Source: Alkalispirochaeta sp. (GTDB taxonomy: Bacteria; Spirochaetota; Spirochaetia; DSM-27196; Alkalispirochaetaceae). Taken from it: a stretch of 64,000 nucleotides of DNA. Made by a program: the position numbers and the translations under genes. Positions 52,306 through 62,473 of this stretch are shown piece by piece; position 1 is the stretch's first letter, and each line of letters starts with the position of its first letter. The notes under the pieces are model-generated. The model saw only the letters and a list, made by a program, of their open reading frames with translations, searched no databases and was not told the origin of the DNA. The stretch covers positions 224,001 through 288,000 of the forward strand of contig CBDESZ010000004.1 in NCBI GenBank assembly GCA_965242725.1, in the 5' to 3' direction.

Positions 52306-53835
52306 TTACGGTAGCACGATACGCCGTATTTCAGCGACCATGTTAAAAACGAACCGGTAACGAGGATGGGAGGAGCCGCTCCGTCTCGGGGGAGGGACTC
52401 GCGATGGTGCCGTGCAGCGATGAGGGCCTCTTCATGATCGGGCTGAAACCTCCACGGTCAGCCCCATACCTGAAACGCGTCTGACCACGTCCCAGGGGAT
52501 CCCCCGGCTTGAAACGGCCGGGGAGTGGAGACGATTACCGGAATCGGGCAACCTCCCTGAGCTGCGCCGCAATCCCCTCCACATTCCTTTCCCGCAACGA
52601 TACCGAGGATGACGGGGAAGCGCACATCGGGACCAAAGCGGTCTGCAAAGGCGGCGACGACGGCGGCGACGCTCTCCGGAGTGTGTGGCGCCGTCAAGAT
52701 AGACGTCGGCGGATCACCTCTCCCCGACCGGGAAGGCGGGTCCCTCTCTACCGCATCGATGACGGCGTCCCGCGGAGCCACCGGCAAACTGCCGCACCTC
52801 GCATAATGTGCGATACACGGTCAGCGCCTGAATGATGTTCCTTCGCTGCACCGTTCCCACCATGCGTGGTGAAAGGGTGATGAAGGTATCATCGGGCTCC
52901 CGATCATATGGCGGAAGGAGAGCTCCGGGGATTTCGGCGTGTCCGCGCCACGGCAGGTTCCCCGGCGTCCGCCGTCTGTCTGATGGTGCGGCCGCTCCTT
53001 CAGACAAGACCGTTCCTTCAGACCCGACCTCCTCCTCGGCGGGAATCTCCGTGAGCGGAGCCTCCCGTTCCGCGGCGATCCGTCGAAAGACATCGGCCGC
53101 TTCATGCCGCTGGGCGGCGCATACGACGGGTACGCCCTTTTTTATGATTCCCGCCTTTTCCGTGGCGATCTTTTCAATCGTATCGCCCAGGTAGTCCGTA
53201 TGTTCCAGTTCTATTCTCGTGATAACCGCAACCTCGGGACGGCAGACGTTGGTGGCGTCAAGACGGCCCCCCAGGCCGGTCTCCAGGACGATCCAGTCGC
53301 AGCCGACGGCGGGGAAAAAGAGAAAGGCGAGGGCGGTGAGCAGCTCAAAGGTCGTCGGCAGATCGTCATCTTCCGTGCCCGCCCGGGAAATTTCCTCCAC
53401 GGCGCTCCATATGCGGTAGGTCGTTTCGGCGAGGGCGGACTCATAGGTGTCGCCCCCGGGCAATAACGCCGCGGCAGGATCGGTCGGTTCAACCACCTCT
53501 CCTGTCGCGCGACGGGGAGGAATAACGGAGAACCGTTCCCGGTATCCCGTGACGTGGGGCGACATATAGAGGCCTACGGTATACCCCGACGCCGCCAGCA
53601 GGGATGTGGTGTACGCCGCGGTGGACCCCTTGCCCTTTGAGCCCGCAATGTGGACCACCGGAAGTGTCCGCTCCGGCGAGCCCAGCTTTTTCAGGAGCGC
53701 TTCCATCCGTTCCAGACGGTAGAGGCGGAGCTGCGGCTGCAGCCGCTCAAGGTTGGTCCGTGATTCGAAATGGCGAAATCCGGTGTCCCCCGTCCAGCCC
53801 GGAGGAAGGACCGGCGATGTCCGTTGGCCCGCCAT
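52306..53835 (-). CDS. folC: Folylpolyglutamate/dihydrofolate synthase, 3' part frameshifted
   Basis: HIAGSKGKGST, SPHV...RER, FELLT, LETGLGGRLDATN, EHTDYLG, EKAGIIK, AHTPES, VTGSF. Confidence 0.9.
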
Positions 53836-53836
53836 A

Positions 53837-55138
53837 TCAGTGCGGTCGCTTTCGCAGCGCCGCGGCGTGGGTGTAAAACCCCTCATGATCGGCGAGGGCG
53901 ATGACGTGATCGCGCATTTCTCTATAACCCTCCGGGGTGACCTCAATGACAGAAGATGCCTTCTGAAAATCCCGTACCGAAACGGGGCTCCAGGAATGGG
54001 CCCATCCGCCTGTGGGGAGTACCGCATTCGGACCTGTGGCGTAATTTGCCAGGCTGAATGCCGTATAGGGGCCGATAAGCACCTCGGCGGCGTTGGTGAT
54101 GCGCTGCGAGAGCGCCCGTCCGTCGGCGGCGTGCAGAAGCAGGTGCTCCGGTGCAAATTCATTCACCACCGCCACGGAGCGATCAATCCCTTCGGTAAGG
54201 ATGATGCCCCCGTATCCCTGAAAGACGTCGGTGAGAAATGTTCGCCGCGGTTCCGGAACGTCCCGGATCAGTGCGTCTATCTCCCGTGCGACCTTGTCGG
54301 CAAGCTCTTCGCTGTGGGTGACCAGCAACGCCGCGGAGTCACTGCCGTGCTCCGCCTCGATCATCAGATCCAGGGCGACGATAAAGGGATCGGCGGACTC
54401 ATCGGCGAGGACGATCGACTCCGAGGGGCCGGCGGGAAGGCCCGTATCAACGCGATCGGCGACGAGCCGTTTGGCGGCGGCCACATATGCGCTGCCGGGA
54501 CCGACGATCTTGCGTACAGCCGGTACCGAATCGGTTCCGAATGCGAGGGCCCCGATCGCCTGGGCGCCGCCGGACTTCACGATCTTTGTAACACCGCAGA
54601 GACGGGCGGCGTAGAGGAGTGCAGGATCAACCGAACCGTCCGGCAGGGGCGGTGTCGTCACCACAAGTGTGGGAACTTCTGCGAGCATGGCGGGGATCGC
54701 CAGCATATACAGCATGGAGGGGAAGCTCCCCCGTCCGCCGGGTACGTAGAGCCCGACACTCTCTATGGGCGTCCACCGTTCCGTGGCAAAAATACCGTCC
54801 CTGACGTGGACGGAGGTCATGGCGTGCTCCACCTGAGCGGAGTGAAAGCGACGGACGTTTTCTATTGCGTATTCCAGGGCCGCGACGACGGAGGGAGACA
54901 GGAGTCTTCCTGCGCGTTCAAACTCATCGGGTTGGACGATGACGCCGCGCCCTGACAGATCGGCGCCGTCAAACTCACGGGCGAGACGTATGAGCGCCCG
55001 ATCCCCCTCGGTGCGTACGGAATCGATAATGGGACGCACCGTCTCTTTCAGAGCGTCTATGTCGCTCTGCGATCGCCGGAGAATGCGTTCCTTTTCTTCC
55101 CCGGTGAGATTGTCCCAGCTGTATTTCTCTATTGTCAT
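53837..55138 (-). CDS. hisD: Histidinol dehydrogenase-family protein (divergent metal ligands)
   Basis: GLYVPGG, GGAQAIGALAFGT, KIVGPG, AGPSE, AEH, APEHL, VLPT. Confidence 0.85.
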   Translation of the reverse strand: MTIEKYSWDNLTGEEKERILRRSQSDIDALKETVRPIIDSVRTEGDRALIRLAREFDGADLSGRGVIVQPDEFERAGRLLSPSVVAALEYAIENVRRFHSAQVEHAMTSVHVRDGIFATERWTPIESVGLYVPGGRGSFPSMLYMLAIPAMLAEVPTLVVTTPPLPDGSVDPALLYAARLCGVTKIVKSGGAQAIGALAFGTDSVPAVRKIVGPGSAYVAAAKRLVADRVDTGLPAGPSESIVLADESADPFIVALDLMIEAEHGSDSAALLVTHSEELADKVAREIDALIRDVPEPRRTFLTDVFQGYGGIILTEGIDRSVAVVNEFAPEHLLLHAADGRALSQRITNAAEVLIGPYTAFSLANYATGPNAVLPTGGWAHSWSPVSVRDFQKASSVIEVTPEGYREMRDHVIALADHEGFYTHAAALRKRPH

Positions 55139-55590
55139 GACGGCGGATCGTACCACGTGGGCGCCCGTTTTGGCAGTAGCCGGGCGTGGGAGAGGTCAAA
55201 GGCGAAGAGAAAGAGCGCCTGGACGATGACACCGACTCCGTTACCGAGGAGAAACGGATCGTCCCGGAAAATGACGGTTACCGCCGAGCCCGCGATGAAA
55301 TATCCGATGTCGAGAAGTGTGTTCACCACAAGGAGCCGGCGCACCTTTAGCGTCTGTTCCACCTCGCGATACTCGTCGGGATACTTTTGACTCTCCCGGG
55401 AAGCGCGTAGAAAACCCCATCCTGCGAGGCCCGCGTCGATGAGGCCCCAGAGAATGGCGTGCAGGGCGACACCCCGGACAAATGGATGGGTAATCAGGAG
55501 GCCCGCGACGAGTCCCGTTCCGACCGAAAATGCCCCCCACATGAGGAGGCGTCGTGAAAGCGTGCGCTGAAATGCATAAATGTCCGCCAC
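55135..55590 (-). CDS. Small 4-TM membrane protein
   Basis: Hydrophobic; WGLIDAGLA, NTLLDIGY, GVIVQALFLFAFD; ATGA-coupled to hisD. Confidence 0.7.
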   Translation of the reverse strand: MADIYAFQRTLSRRLLMWGAFSVGTGLVAGLLITHPFVRGVALHAILWGLIDAGLAGWGFLRASRESQKYPDEYREVEQTLKVRRLLVVNTLLDIGYFIAGSAVTVIFRDDPFLLGNGVGVIVQALFLFAFDLSHARLLPKRAPTWYDPPS

Positions 55591-55657
55591 GAAGACACCA
55601 TAGTACGAAGTGCGGCGGGACGCAAATGCCGGGTCGGCGCCCGGCTTCCCGGTCCCG

Positions 55658-58150
55658 TCAGTCCGCCACGGCTTTCCGGCTCCGGTTTCGCAGCGCCGTA
55701 AAGGCGACGACGATCGCCGCGAGAATACCCGTCGCGGCAAGGACGGGAGCGCCCCGGGGGCCGGTGGCAGCCTGGTAGACAAGGGTGGCAACGGACCACG
55801 CCAGGAGGGTCAAATACCCGGCGAGCAGCCAGCCGTAGCCGTGTCCCATCTCCCGTATTGCCGCCCCGAGGGCGGCAACACAGGGAAAGTAAATGAGCAC
55901 AAAGAGGAGGTACGCGTATCCGCCGGGGCCGGAAAAGTGCCGGCGCATTCCCGCAAATACGGAATCCTCAACCTCAAGTTCTGCGCCCACTGCGGCGGCA
56001 TCATCACTGACAACCCCGAGCCCGAGGGGATCGGTGAGGCTCTCGTACAATCCTGCAATATTCTCCGGTATCGTCGCGAAGGCCGCCGCAATGCCGCCGC
56101 CCGGGTCAAAAGCGTTACCGTCATCGCCGGAGCCGTCATCGGGGGCGCCTTCATTCTGACTGTAGAGCGAACTCAAAGTTCCGACGATCGCCTCCTTGGC
56201 AAAGAGTCCGGTAAAGAGGCCTACCGTCGCCGGCCAGTTGTCCTTCTCGATACCCATGGGGGTAAAGACAGGGGTGATCGTACGACCGATGGAGGAGAGT
56301 ACGGATGTATCGGAATCTTCGTTTCCAAAGGTACCGTCGGTACCGAGGGAGTTGAGAACCGCCAGAATGGTAACGACCATGGTGATCGTTGTTCCGGCGC
56401 GCACAACAAAGATACGCAACCGCCGTCCCGCAGAACGGGCGATCATCCACAGACGTGGTGCGTGATACGGCGGCAGCTCCATGACAAAGTGGGAGTACTC
56501 GCCGCCAAAAAGGGTAAACTTCAGGAGCAGTCCGGTGAGCATCGCCAGAATGATTCCCGCCACATAGAGGGAAAATACCACCAGACCCGAGCGACCGGGA
56601 AAGAGGGCGGCCGCAAAGAGGGCATACACGGGAAGTCGGGCGCCGCAGCTCATGAAGGGCGCCATGAAGATCGTCATGAAGCGGTCCTTCCTGGTATCGA
56701 GGGTGCGGGTACCGGAAATGGCGGGAACGGTGCAGCCGAAGCCGACGAGCATGGGTACGAAAGACTTGCCCGGAAGTCCCACCACGCGCATGACCCGATC
56801 CATCACAAAGGCGGCCCGGGCCATATATCCCGAGTCCTCCAGGAGGGAGAGCATGAAGAACATCATGAAGATGATGGGAATAAAGGTCGCCACCGTCTGG
56901 ATGCCCGCTCCTATGCCGTCGGCAAGGACGCCAACCATCCACGGGGGAGCGCCTACAGCACCGAGAAGCGCGCCTGCTCCGTCGACAAAGATCGTTCCAA
57001 AGAGAATGTCAAAGAAGTCTATGAATGCGCCGCCGAAGGAGATTGTTGACCAGAAGACAAGGTACATGGCGGTAAGAAAAACGGGTACCCCCAGCCACCG
57101 GTTCATGACGACGTTGTCGATCTTTTCGGTGATGGATTCCCGGGAGGGCTTGCGGGTGATCACATCCCGGCTGATACCGTGAATGAAACCGTAGCGGCCG
57201 TCGGCAATGATAATGTCCGGCTCCTCCCCGAGTTCCCGTTCCAGGGCCTTTCTGGATTCTATAACCCCTTCGGGCGGGAGCAGCCGGTCGGAAAAAACAG
57301 ACTCTTCCAGGGATTCGTCACCCTCCAGAAGTCGCAACGCCGCATATCTCGCCGGCAGACCCGTAGCGGAACGGAGCGGTTCCAACGACGGTTTCCACGC
57401 GGAAATGATCGTTTCCACCTCGGAAGGATAGGAAATATGCGCCTCGGGACGGGGCGGATTCTCAAGGGCGGCCTGAAGGGCGTGCCGAATGGTGACAATA
57501 CCTTCCCGGGTTGTGGCGTTCACCGGTACGACGGGACATCCCAGATGAACCGCCAGATGCGCTGCGTCGACGGTCATTCCGGCGGCAGCGGCGCGATCGA
57601 TCTTGGTCAGCACCACGAGAAGGGGAACCTCCAGCTCGATGAGCTGCAGCGTCAAATAGAGGTTGCGCTCCAGATTTGAGGCGTCCACCACGCTTACAAC
57701 GATGTCGTAATTGCGCTGAAGGATGAAATCCCGGGCCACCCGCTCGTCTTCACTTGACGCGCTGAGGGAGTAGATGCCGGGAAGATCGACCACCTCGACG
57801 GACGTGCGGAATGTACGGTCCGCCCGGGACGCGCGTGAGAGGCTTTCCAGCTCCGCCACCGCCCGGACCCGACGGGAGACGCCGACAGGTGTGTCATCTG
57901 TAGGCGACTCCCGTCCGGTTTCACCTTCACCCGTACCGCCCGCGCCCGTCCCATGCCTCGCACCGTGCCCGACGGCCATGGCGAGGGAGGGAGCGGAGAG
58001 AAACATCGTTCCCGACCGCTTTTCCACCGTGACGCCGGGCCAGTTGCCCACCCGTTGGTGTGATGCGGTGAGTCCGTTGAAGACTGTTGTCTTGCCGCTG
58101 TTGGGGTTGCCCACCAGTGCCACCGCCGGTGTCTGAGAGGTGACGTTCAT
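55658..58150 (-). CDS. feoB: Ferrous iron transporter B
   Basis: GNPNSGKT, GNWPGVTVE, DLPG, LEDSGYMARAAF, GFGCTVPA, PFMSCGARLP, MELPPY, YFPC. Confidence 0.97.
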   Translation of the reverse strand: MNVTSQTPAVALVGNPNSGKTTVFNGLTASHQRVGNWPGVTVEKRSGTMFLSAPSLAMAVGHGARHGTGAGGTGEGETGRESPTDDTPVGVSRRVRAVAELESLSRASRADRTFRTSVEVVDLPGIYSLSASSEDERVARDFILQRNYDIVVSVVDASNLERNLYLTLQLIELEVPLLVVLTKIDRAAAAGMTVDAAHLAVHLGCPVVPVNATTREGIVTIRHALQAALENPPRPEAHISYPSEVETIISAWKPSLEPLRSATGLPARYAALRLLEGDESLEESVFSDRLLPPEGVIESRKALERELGEEPDIIIADGRYGFIHGISRDVITRKPSRESITEKIDNVVMNRWLGVPVFLTAMYLVFWSTISFGGAFIDFFDILFGTIFVDGAGALLGAVGAPPWMVGVLADGIGAGIQTVATFIPIIFMMFFMLSLLEDSGYMARAAFVMDRVMRVVGLPGKSFVPMLVGFGCTVPAISGTRTLDTRKDRFMTIFMAPFMSCGARLPVYALFAAALFPGRSGLVVFSLYVAGIILAMLTGLLLKFTLFGGEYSHFVMELPPYHAPRLWMIARSAGRRLRIFVVRAGTTITMVVTILAVLNSLGTDGTFGNEDSDTSVLSSIGRTITPVFTPMGIEKDNWPATVGLFTGLFAKEAIVGTLSSLYSQNEGAPDDGSGDDGNAFDPGGGIAAAFATIPENIAGLYESLTDPLGLGVVSDDAAAVGAELEVEDSVFAGMRRHFSGPGGYAYLLFVLIYFPCVAALGAAIREMGHGYGWLLAGYLTLLAWSVATLVYQAATGPRGAPVLAATGILAAIVVAFTALRNRSRKAVAD

Positions 58151-58380
58151 GATCCCACCTCCACCATTACGATTTCTCCTTCAGCTTTCCTGAGGGAAAG
58201 ACGGAACCCCCGTATTTCCAGTTCTATCGGATCGCCGAGGGGTGCGTAGCGCACCACGGAAAAGGGCGTGCCCGGGGTCACTCCCATGGACAGCAGCTTT
58301 GAACGGTACGCAGGCGCGCCCCTGGATATTGCGGTGATGGTGCCTTTGGCACCGGTATGAAGTGAGGTCAGGGGAACCAT
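58147..58380 (-). CDS. feoA: Ferrous iron transport protein A
   Basis: KLLSMGVTPG, APLGDPI, LSLRKAE; SD GGAGG. Confidence 0.95.
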   Translation of the reverse strand: MVPLTSLHTGAKGTITAISRGAPAYRSKLLSMGVTPGTPFSVVRYAPLGDPIELEIRGFRLSLRKAEGEIVMVEVGS

Positions 58381-58410
58381 GAAACCCTCCGTATTAGTAA
58401 AACAGAATTA

Positions 58411-58454
58411 AGTTAGGCTTAGCTAACTATATCGGGGCAACCGGATCACGTCAA
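58411..58454 (-). promoter_or_regulatory. feoAB promoter with an overlapping DtxR/IdeR-like operator
   Basis: TTGACG-17-TATAGT; palindrome AGTTAG-GCTTAG-CTAACT at 58411-58428 covers the -10/+1 region. Confidence 0.7.
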
Positions 58455-58542
58455 GAAAAAAGCGGCCCACCGCCCCTTCTGGAAGTGTGGAGGTGAAATG
58501 TGTTACCTTTTCGGTCATAGACCGAATAAAGGAGAGCCAAGA

Positions 58543-59721
58543 ATGATCGTGAAACCGATGATCCGCAACAATATATGCATGAACGCCCATCCCGAGGGGT
58601 GCGCGGAAAACGTCCGCCGACAGATTGCCTACGTCCGCAGTCAGGGTGCCTTTGAAGGGCCTAAGAACGTTGTCGTCATCGGAGCGTCCGGAGGATACGG
58701 ATTATCATCGCGAATTGCGGCAGCTTTCGGCGCCGGAGCAAAGACGATCGGAGTCTCCTTTGAAACGCCGGCAAAGGGCAGCCGTACCGCCTCGGCCGGG
58801 TGGTATCAGGACCTTGCCTTCCGGGAAGAGGCGGAGAAGGCGGGGCTCGTCCATCGGAGCTTCATAGGCGACGCATTTTCCCACGAGACCAAGAGCCAGG
58901 TGGTCGAGGCGGTAAAGGAATTGATGGGAAAGGTGGATCTGGTGATATACAGTCTCGCCTCGGGCGTGCGGGTGGATCCCGATACGGGCGAAATGTACCG
59001 TTCCTCCCTCAAACCGATCGGCAAGCGCTATGAATCGGTCACCCTGGACGGAAAGACGGGTGAACTCAAGCCGGCGGCAATCGATCCCGCCACCGATGAG
59101 GAGATCGAGCAGACGGTGAAAGTCATGGGCGGCGAGGACTGGAATCTGTGGATCGACGCATTTGAAGATGCCGGCATCCTCGCGGATGACGCGATAACCC
59201 TTGCCTACTCATATATCGGGCCGGACATCACCTTTCCCCTCTACCGTGACGGAACGATCGGCCGGGCAAAGGAACATCTGGAAGAGACGGCACGCACCCT
59301 GGACCGGCGCATGCGGGAGCGGGGCGGTCACGCATGGGTCAGCGTCAACAAGGCGCTGGTGACGCGGGCGAGCGCGGTCATACCCGCCGTTCCCCTCTAC
59401 CTTGCCATCCTGTATCGCGTCATGAAGGAAAAAGGTATCCATGAAGGGACGATCGAGCAAATGTACCGCATGCTCAACGACCGTATATATTCCCAACTGG
59501 GCGACGGCGCCGCCGTTCCCGTGGACGAAGAGGAACGGATCCGCATGGATGACTGGGAAATGCGGGAGGACATCCAGCGGGAGGTCCGTGTCGCCTGGGA
59601 CAAGGTAAACGAAGAGAATCTGGCAAAACTGGCGGACCTTGAAGGATTTCAGAGGGATTTTCTCCAGATCCACGGCTTCGAATTTGACTCGGTCGACTAC
59701 GAGGCTGATATCGAGGTATAG
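58543..59721 (+). CDS. fabV: Enoyl-ACP / trans-2-enoyl-CoA reductase
   Basis: NAHPEGC, GASGGYGL, GDAFS, YSLAS, VMGGEDW, YSYIG, YRDGTIGRAK. Confidence 0.95.
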   Translation: MIVKPMIRNNICMNAHPEGCAENVRRQIAYVRSQGAFEGPKNVVVIGASGGYGLSSRIAAAFGAGAKTIGVSFETPAKGSRTASAGWYQDLAFREEAEKAGLVHRSFIGDAFSHETKSQVVEAVKELMGKVDLVIYSLASGVRVDPDTGEMYRSSLKPIGKRYESVTLDGKTGELKPAAIDPATDEEIEQTVKVMGGEDWNLWIDAFEDAGILADDAITLAYSYIGPDITFPLYRDGTIGRAKEHLEETARTLDRRMRERGGHAWVSVNKALVTRASAVIPAVPLYLAILYRVMKEKGIHEGTIEQMYRMLNDRIYSQLGDGAAVPVDEEERIRMDDWEMREDIQREVRVAWDKVNEENLAKLADLEGFQRDFLQIHGFEFDSVDYEADIEV

Positions 59722-59731
59722 TGGGAGACAC

Positions 59732-61621
59732 ATGAAATTCGATGAATTAAAACTTGACAACGAGATTCTTTCCGGCGTCGCCGCCGCCGGATTTGAAGAG
59801 TGCACGGAAGTGCAGGCCCGGGTCATTCCCCACATCATTGACGGCAAGGACGTCATGGTGCAGTCCCAGACGGGGACGGGCAAGACGGCGGCATTCCTGC
59901 TCCCGGCGTTTCAGCTGCTCCTTCACAACGCCGACTTCGCGGAGAAAAAGGTCCTCATCGTCGCCCCCACGCGGGAGCTGGCGGTACAGATAAAGGAAGA
60001 GGCGGACATGCTCGCCGAAAATCTGCCCCTGAAGACCGACGTCTTTCACGGCGGCGTCGGCTACGGCGGTCAGGAAAAGGCGCTCCGGGAGGGACTGAAC
60101 ATTATAGTGGGAACGCCGGGCCGCATACTGGACCTCAGCCAGACCGGTACGATGAACCTCAAAGAGGTGGGTATCATGGTCATCGACGAGGCGGACCGTC
60201 TCTTCGACATGGGATTCTATCCGGACATCCGCAAAATGATGCGCCGCATGCGCCCCCGGGAAGAGCGGCTTAACATGCTCTTCAGCGCAACCCTCAGTAC
60301 CCGGGCCCGGAACATCGCCTGGGAATACATGAACGATCCGGTTGAAATAGAAATACAGCCCCAGCAGATCACCGTGGACAAGGTAAAGCAGACGCTCTAC
60401 CACGTCTCCTCGGAAGAGAAGATGTCGGTACTCCTGGGACTCCTCAAGCAGAAAAAGCCTAAAAATGCAATCGTCTTTACCAACACCAAGCGCGCGGCTG
60501 AACAGGTCTCCAAGCGGCTGGAAATCAACGGATATCCCTCCGAGTTCATCATGGGAGACCTGCCCCAGCGCAAGCGCCTTGCCATCATCCGCAAGATCAA
60601 GGCGGGCGAGGCGGAGTTTCTCGTAGCCACGGACGTCGCCGCCCGGGGATTACACATTGACAACCTTGAAATGGTGATCAACTACGACCTTCCTGAAGAC
60701 CCGGAAGCGTACGTACATCGCATTGGCCGTACCGCCCGCGCCGGAGAGAGCGGCGAGGCGGTAACCCTGGCGTGTGAACACTACGTCTTCGGCCTGGAAT
60801 CGATAGAAAGCCTTATCAACCAGAAGATCCCCGTCGCGGAACTCACCGACGAGCTTCACGCCGAGGACGCAAGCGCCGGAATGCGCATACAAATGGACCG
60901 GGACAGCAGGGACAACAGGAGTGACGACCGCCGCGGCCGACCGGGCCGGGGTGGACGCACCGGCGGCCGCTCAAGCGGACGATCCGAGGGCAGACGTGGC
61001 GACAGCCACCGGGGCGGAGACACCCGTCGCTCCGAGGGTCGCCGCAGCGGAGAAAGCCGGCGCGGTACCGAGACGCGGGGAGGGGAAGCACGTCGCGCCC
61101 CTGATACCCGTCGTGGCGACTCCCGTCGCGGTGACTCCCGGCGCACGCCGGACCGCCGTCCCGAACGGCGCCCCGATCCCGCAGCCGCAGGAGCTCCAAA
61201 GGCGAGCGACAGCCTGGAAGAACGGCTTGCCTATTACCGTCGCAAGTACGGCGAGGACTTCCAGCCCACCGATGAAATGCTCGCCAGCATGCAGGGCGAC
61301 AACGGTGGCGGCAAACGACGCCGCTCCGGCTCAAGCCGTCGGTCCCGTAAAAACGGCGGTAACCGCGGGCAGAAGCAGGGCGCATCCCGGGATTTCTCGG
61401 CCAGGCAGCAGGGCACCGGAAAAGAGAACGCAGCTTCACCTTCGCGTGACCGGAAGCGCGACGGCGCTCCCGAGGCAAAGGGAAAGGCCGCGAGCGCCAA
61501 AAGGTCCGCCTCACCGGGCGCTGCCCGCAAGGGTGAAGGCCCGACGCCGGCGGAACAAGGTGACTCTACGCCCAAAAAGAAAAAGGGCATCCTCGGAAAG
61601 CTGAAATCCTTCTTCGAGTAA
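59732..61621 (+). CDS. DEAD-box RNA helicase (RhlB/RhlE-like) with a long RG-rich tail
   Basis: Q motif, QTGTGKT, PTRELA, TPGR, DEAD, SAT, ARGLHI, HRIGRTAR. Confidence 0.95.
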   Translation: MKFDELKLDNEILSGVAAAGFEECTEVQARVIPHIIDGKDVMVQSQTGTGKTAAFLLPAFQLLLHNADFAEKKVLIVAPTRELAVQIKEEADMLAENLPLKTDVFHGGVGYGGQEKALREGLNIIVGTPGRILDLSQTGTMNLKEVGIMVIDEADRLFDMGFYPDIRKMMRRMRPREERLNMLFSATLSTRARNIAWEYMNDPVEIEIQPQQITVDKVKQTLYHVSSEEKMSVLLGLLKQKKPKNAIVFTNTKRAAEQVSKRLEINGYPSEFIMGDLPQRKRLAIIRKIKAGEAEFLVATDVAARGLHIDNLEMVINYDLPEDPEAYVHRIGRTARAGESGEAVTLACEHYVFGLESIESLINQKIPVAELTDELHAEDASAGMRIQMDRDSRDNRSDDRRGRPGRGGRTGGRSSGRSEGRRGDSHRGGDTRRSEGRRSGESRRGTETRGGEARRAPDTRRGDSRRGDSRRTPDRRPERRPDPAAAGAPKASDSLEERLAYYRRKYGEDFQPTDEMLASMQGDNGGGKRRRSGSSRRSRKNGGNRGQKQGASRDFSARQQGTGKENAASPSRDRKRDGAPEAKGKAASAKRSASPGAARKGEGPTPAEQGDSTPKKKKGILGKLKSFFE

Positions 61622-61654
61622 TATCGCCCGTGACACCGCGCTGAACATATCGCC

Positions 61655-62473
61655 ATGCCCCTGGAACTGATCGTCGCCTTCTTTGTCACCGCCGTCCTCT
61701 ACAGCTCCGTAGGGTTCGGCGGCGGCTCAACCTACTCGGCAATCCTTCTGGAGACGGCGCTGCCGGCACCGATGATTCCCCTGGTGAGCCTGCCCTGTAA
61801 CATCGTCGTCTCCGGCACCGGATTCATACGCATGGTCCGACGGGGCGCCGTACCGGGGCGGACGATCGCCGCCATCGTCCTGTTATCGGTACCCGCCGCC
61901 TTTGCCGGGGGCATCACCCCCGTATCACGCACCGTCTTTCTTACGCTCCTTTCGGTCATCCTTCTCTACGCGGGCATCATGGGCATATTCCAGGGAATCC
62001 GCCGGGAGCGGGGCACCTCAAAGGCCTCAACAGCCGCAACGGTCTCAATACCGGCCACGATACCGGGCGGAGAAATCGTCCAGGGCGTCCGCCCGCCGAT
62101 GCAGATCATCATCGCCGGCGCCCTCATCGGTTACGTCTCGGGAATCGTCGGCATCGGCGGCGGCATCCTCCTCTCGCCCATCCTCCAGCGGGAAGGCACC
62201 ATTCCGCCCCGTCAAATCAGCGCCGTATCGGCGGGATTCATCTTCCTCAACTCCCTCGCCGCCCTCTCGGGAAAATACCTCGCCTTCATCGCCTCCCCGG
62301 ACGGCCTCGCCGACCTCCGGCAGGGTCTCCTCCTCGTCGCCTTCCTCATTCCGACGGTCCTCCTCGGCGGCTACATCGGCTCCACCGTCGCCGTCCGCGG
62401 CCTCACCCCCGGCCGCCTGCGCATCCTCACCGGCGTCCTCCTCGTCGTCGTCGCCCTGCGCGCCCTCTTCTGA
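61655..62473 (+). CDS. TauE/SafE (DUF81) family exporter
   Basis: YSSVGFGGGSTY and GIVGIGGGILLSP duplicated motifs, about 8 TMs. Confidence 0.9.
   Translation: MPLELIVAFFVTAVLYSSVGFGGGSTYSAILLETALPAPMIPLVSLPCNIVVSGTGFIRMVRRGAVPGRTIAAIVLLSVPAAFAGGITPVSRTVFLTLLSVILLYAGIMGIFQGIRRERGTSKASTAATVSIPATIPGGEIVQGVRPPMQIIIAGALIGYVSGIVGIGGGILLSPILQREGTIPPRQISAVSAGFIFLNSLAALSGKYLAFIASPDGLADLRQGLLLVAFLIPTVLLGGYIGSTVAVRGLTPGRLRILTGVLLVVVALRALF

Noticed and set aside
53753..57049. Long plus-strand ORFs 53753..54955 and 55610..57049
   Set aside because: Antisense shadows of the hisD-like gene and feoB.
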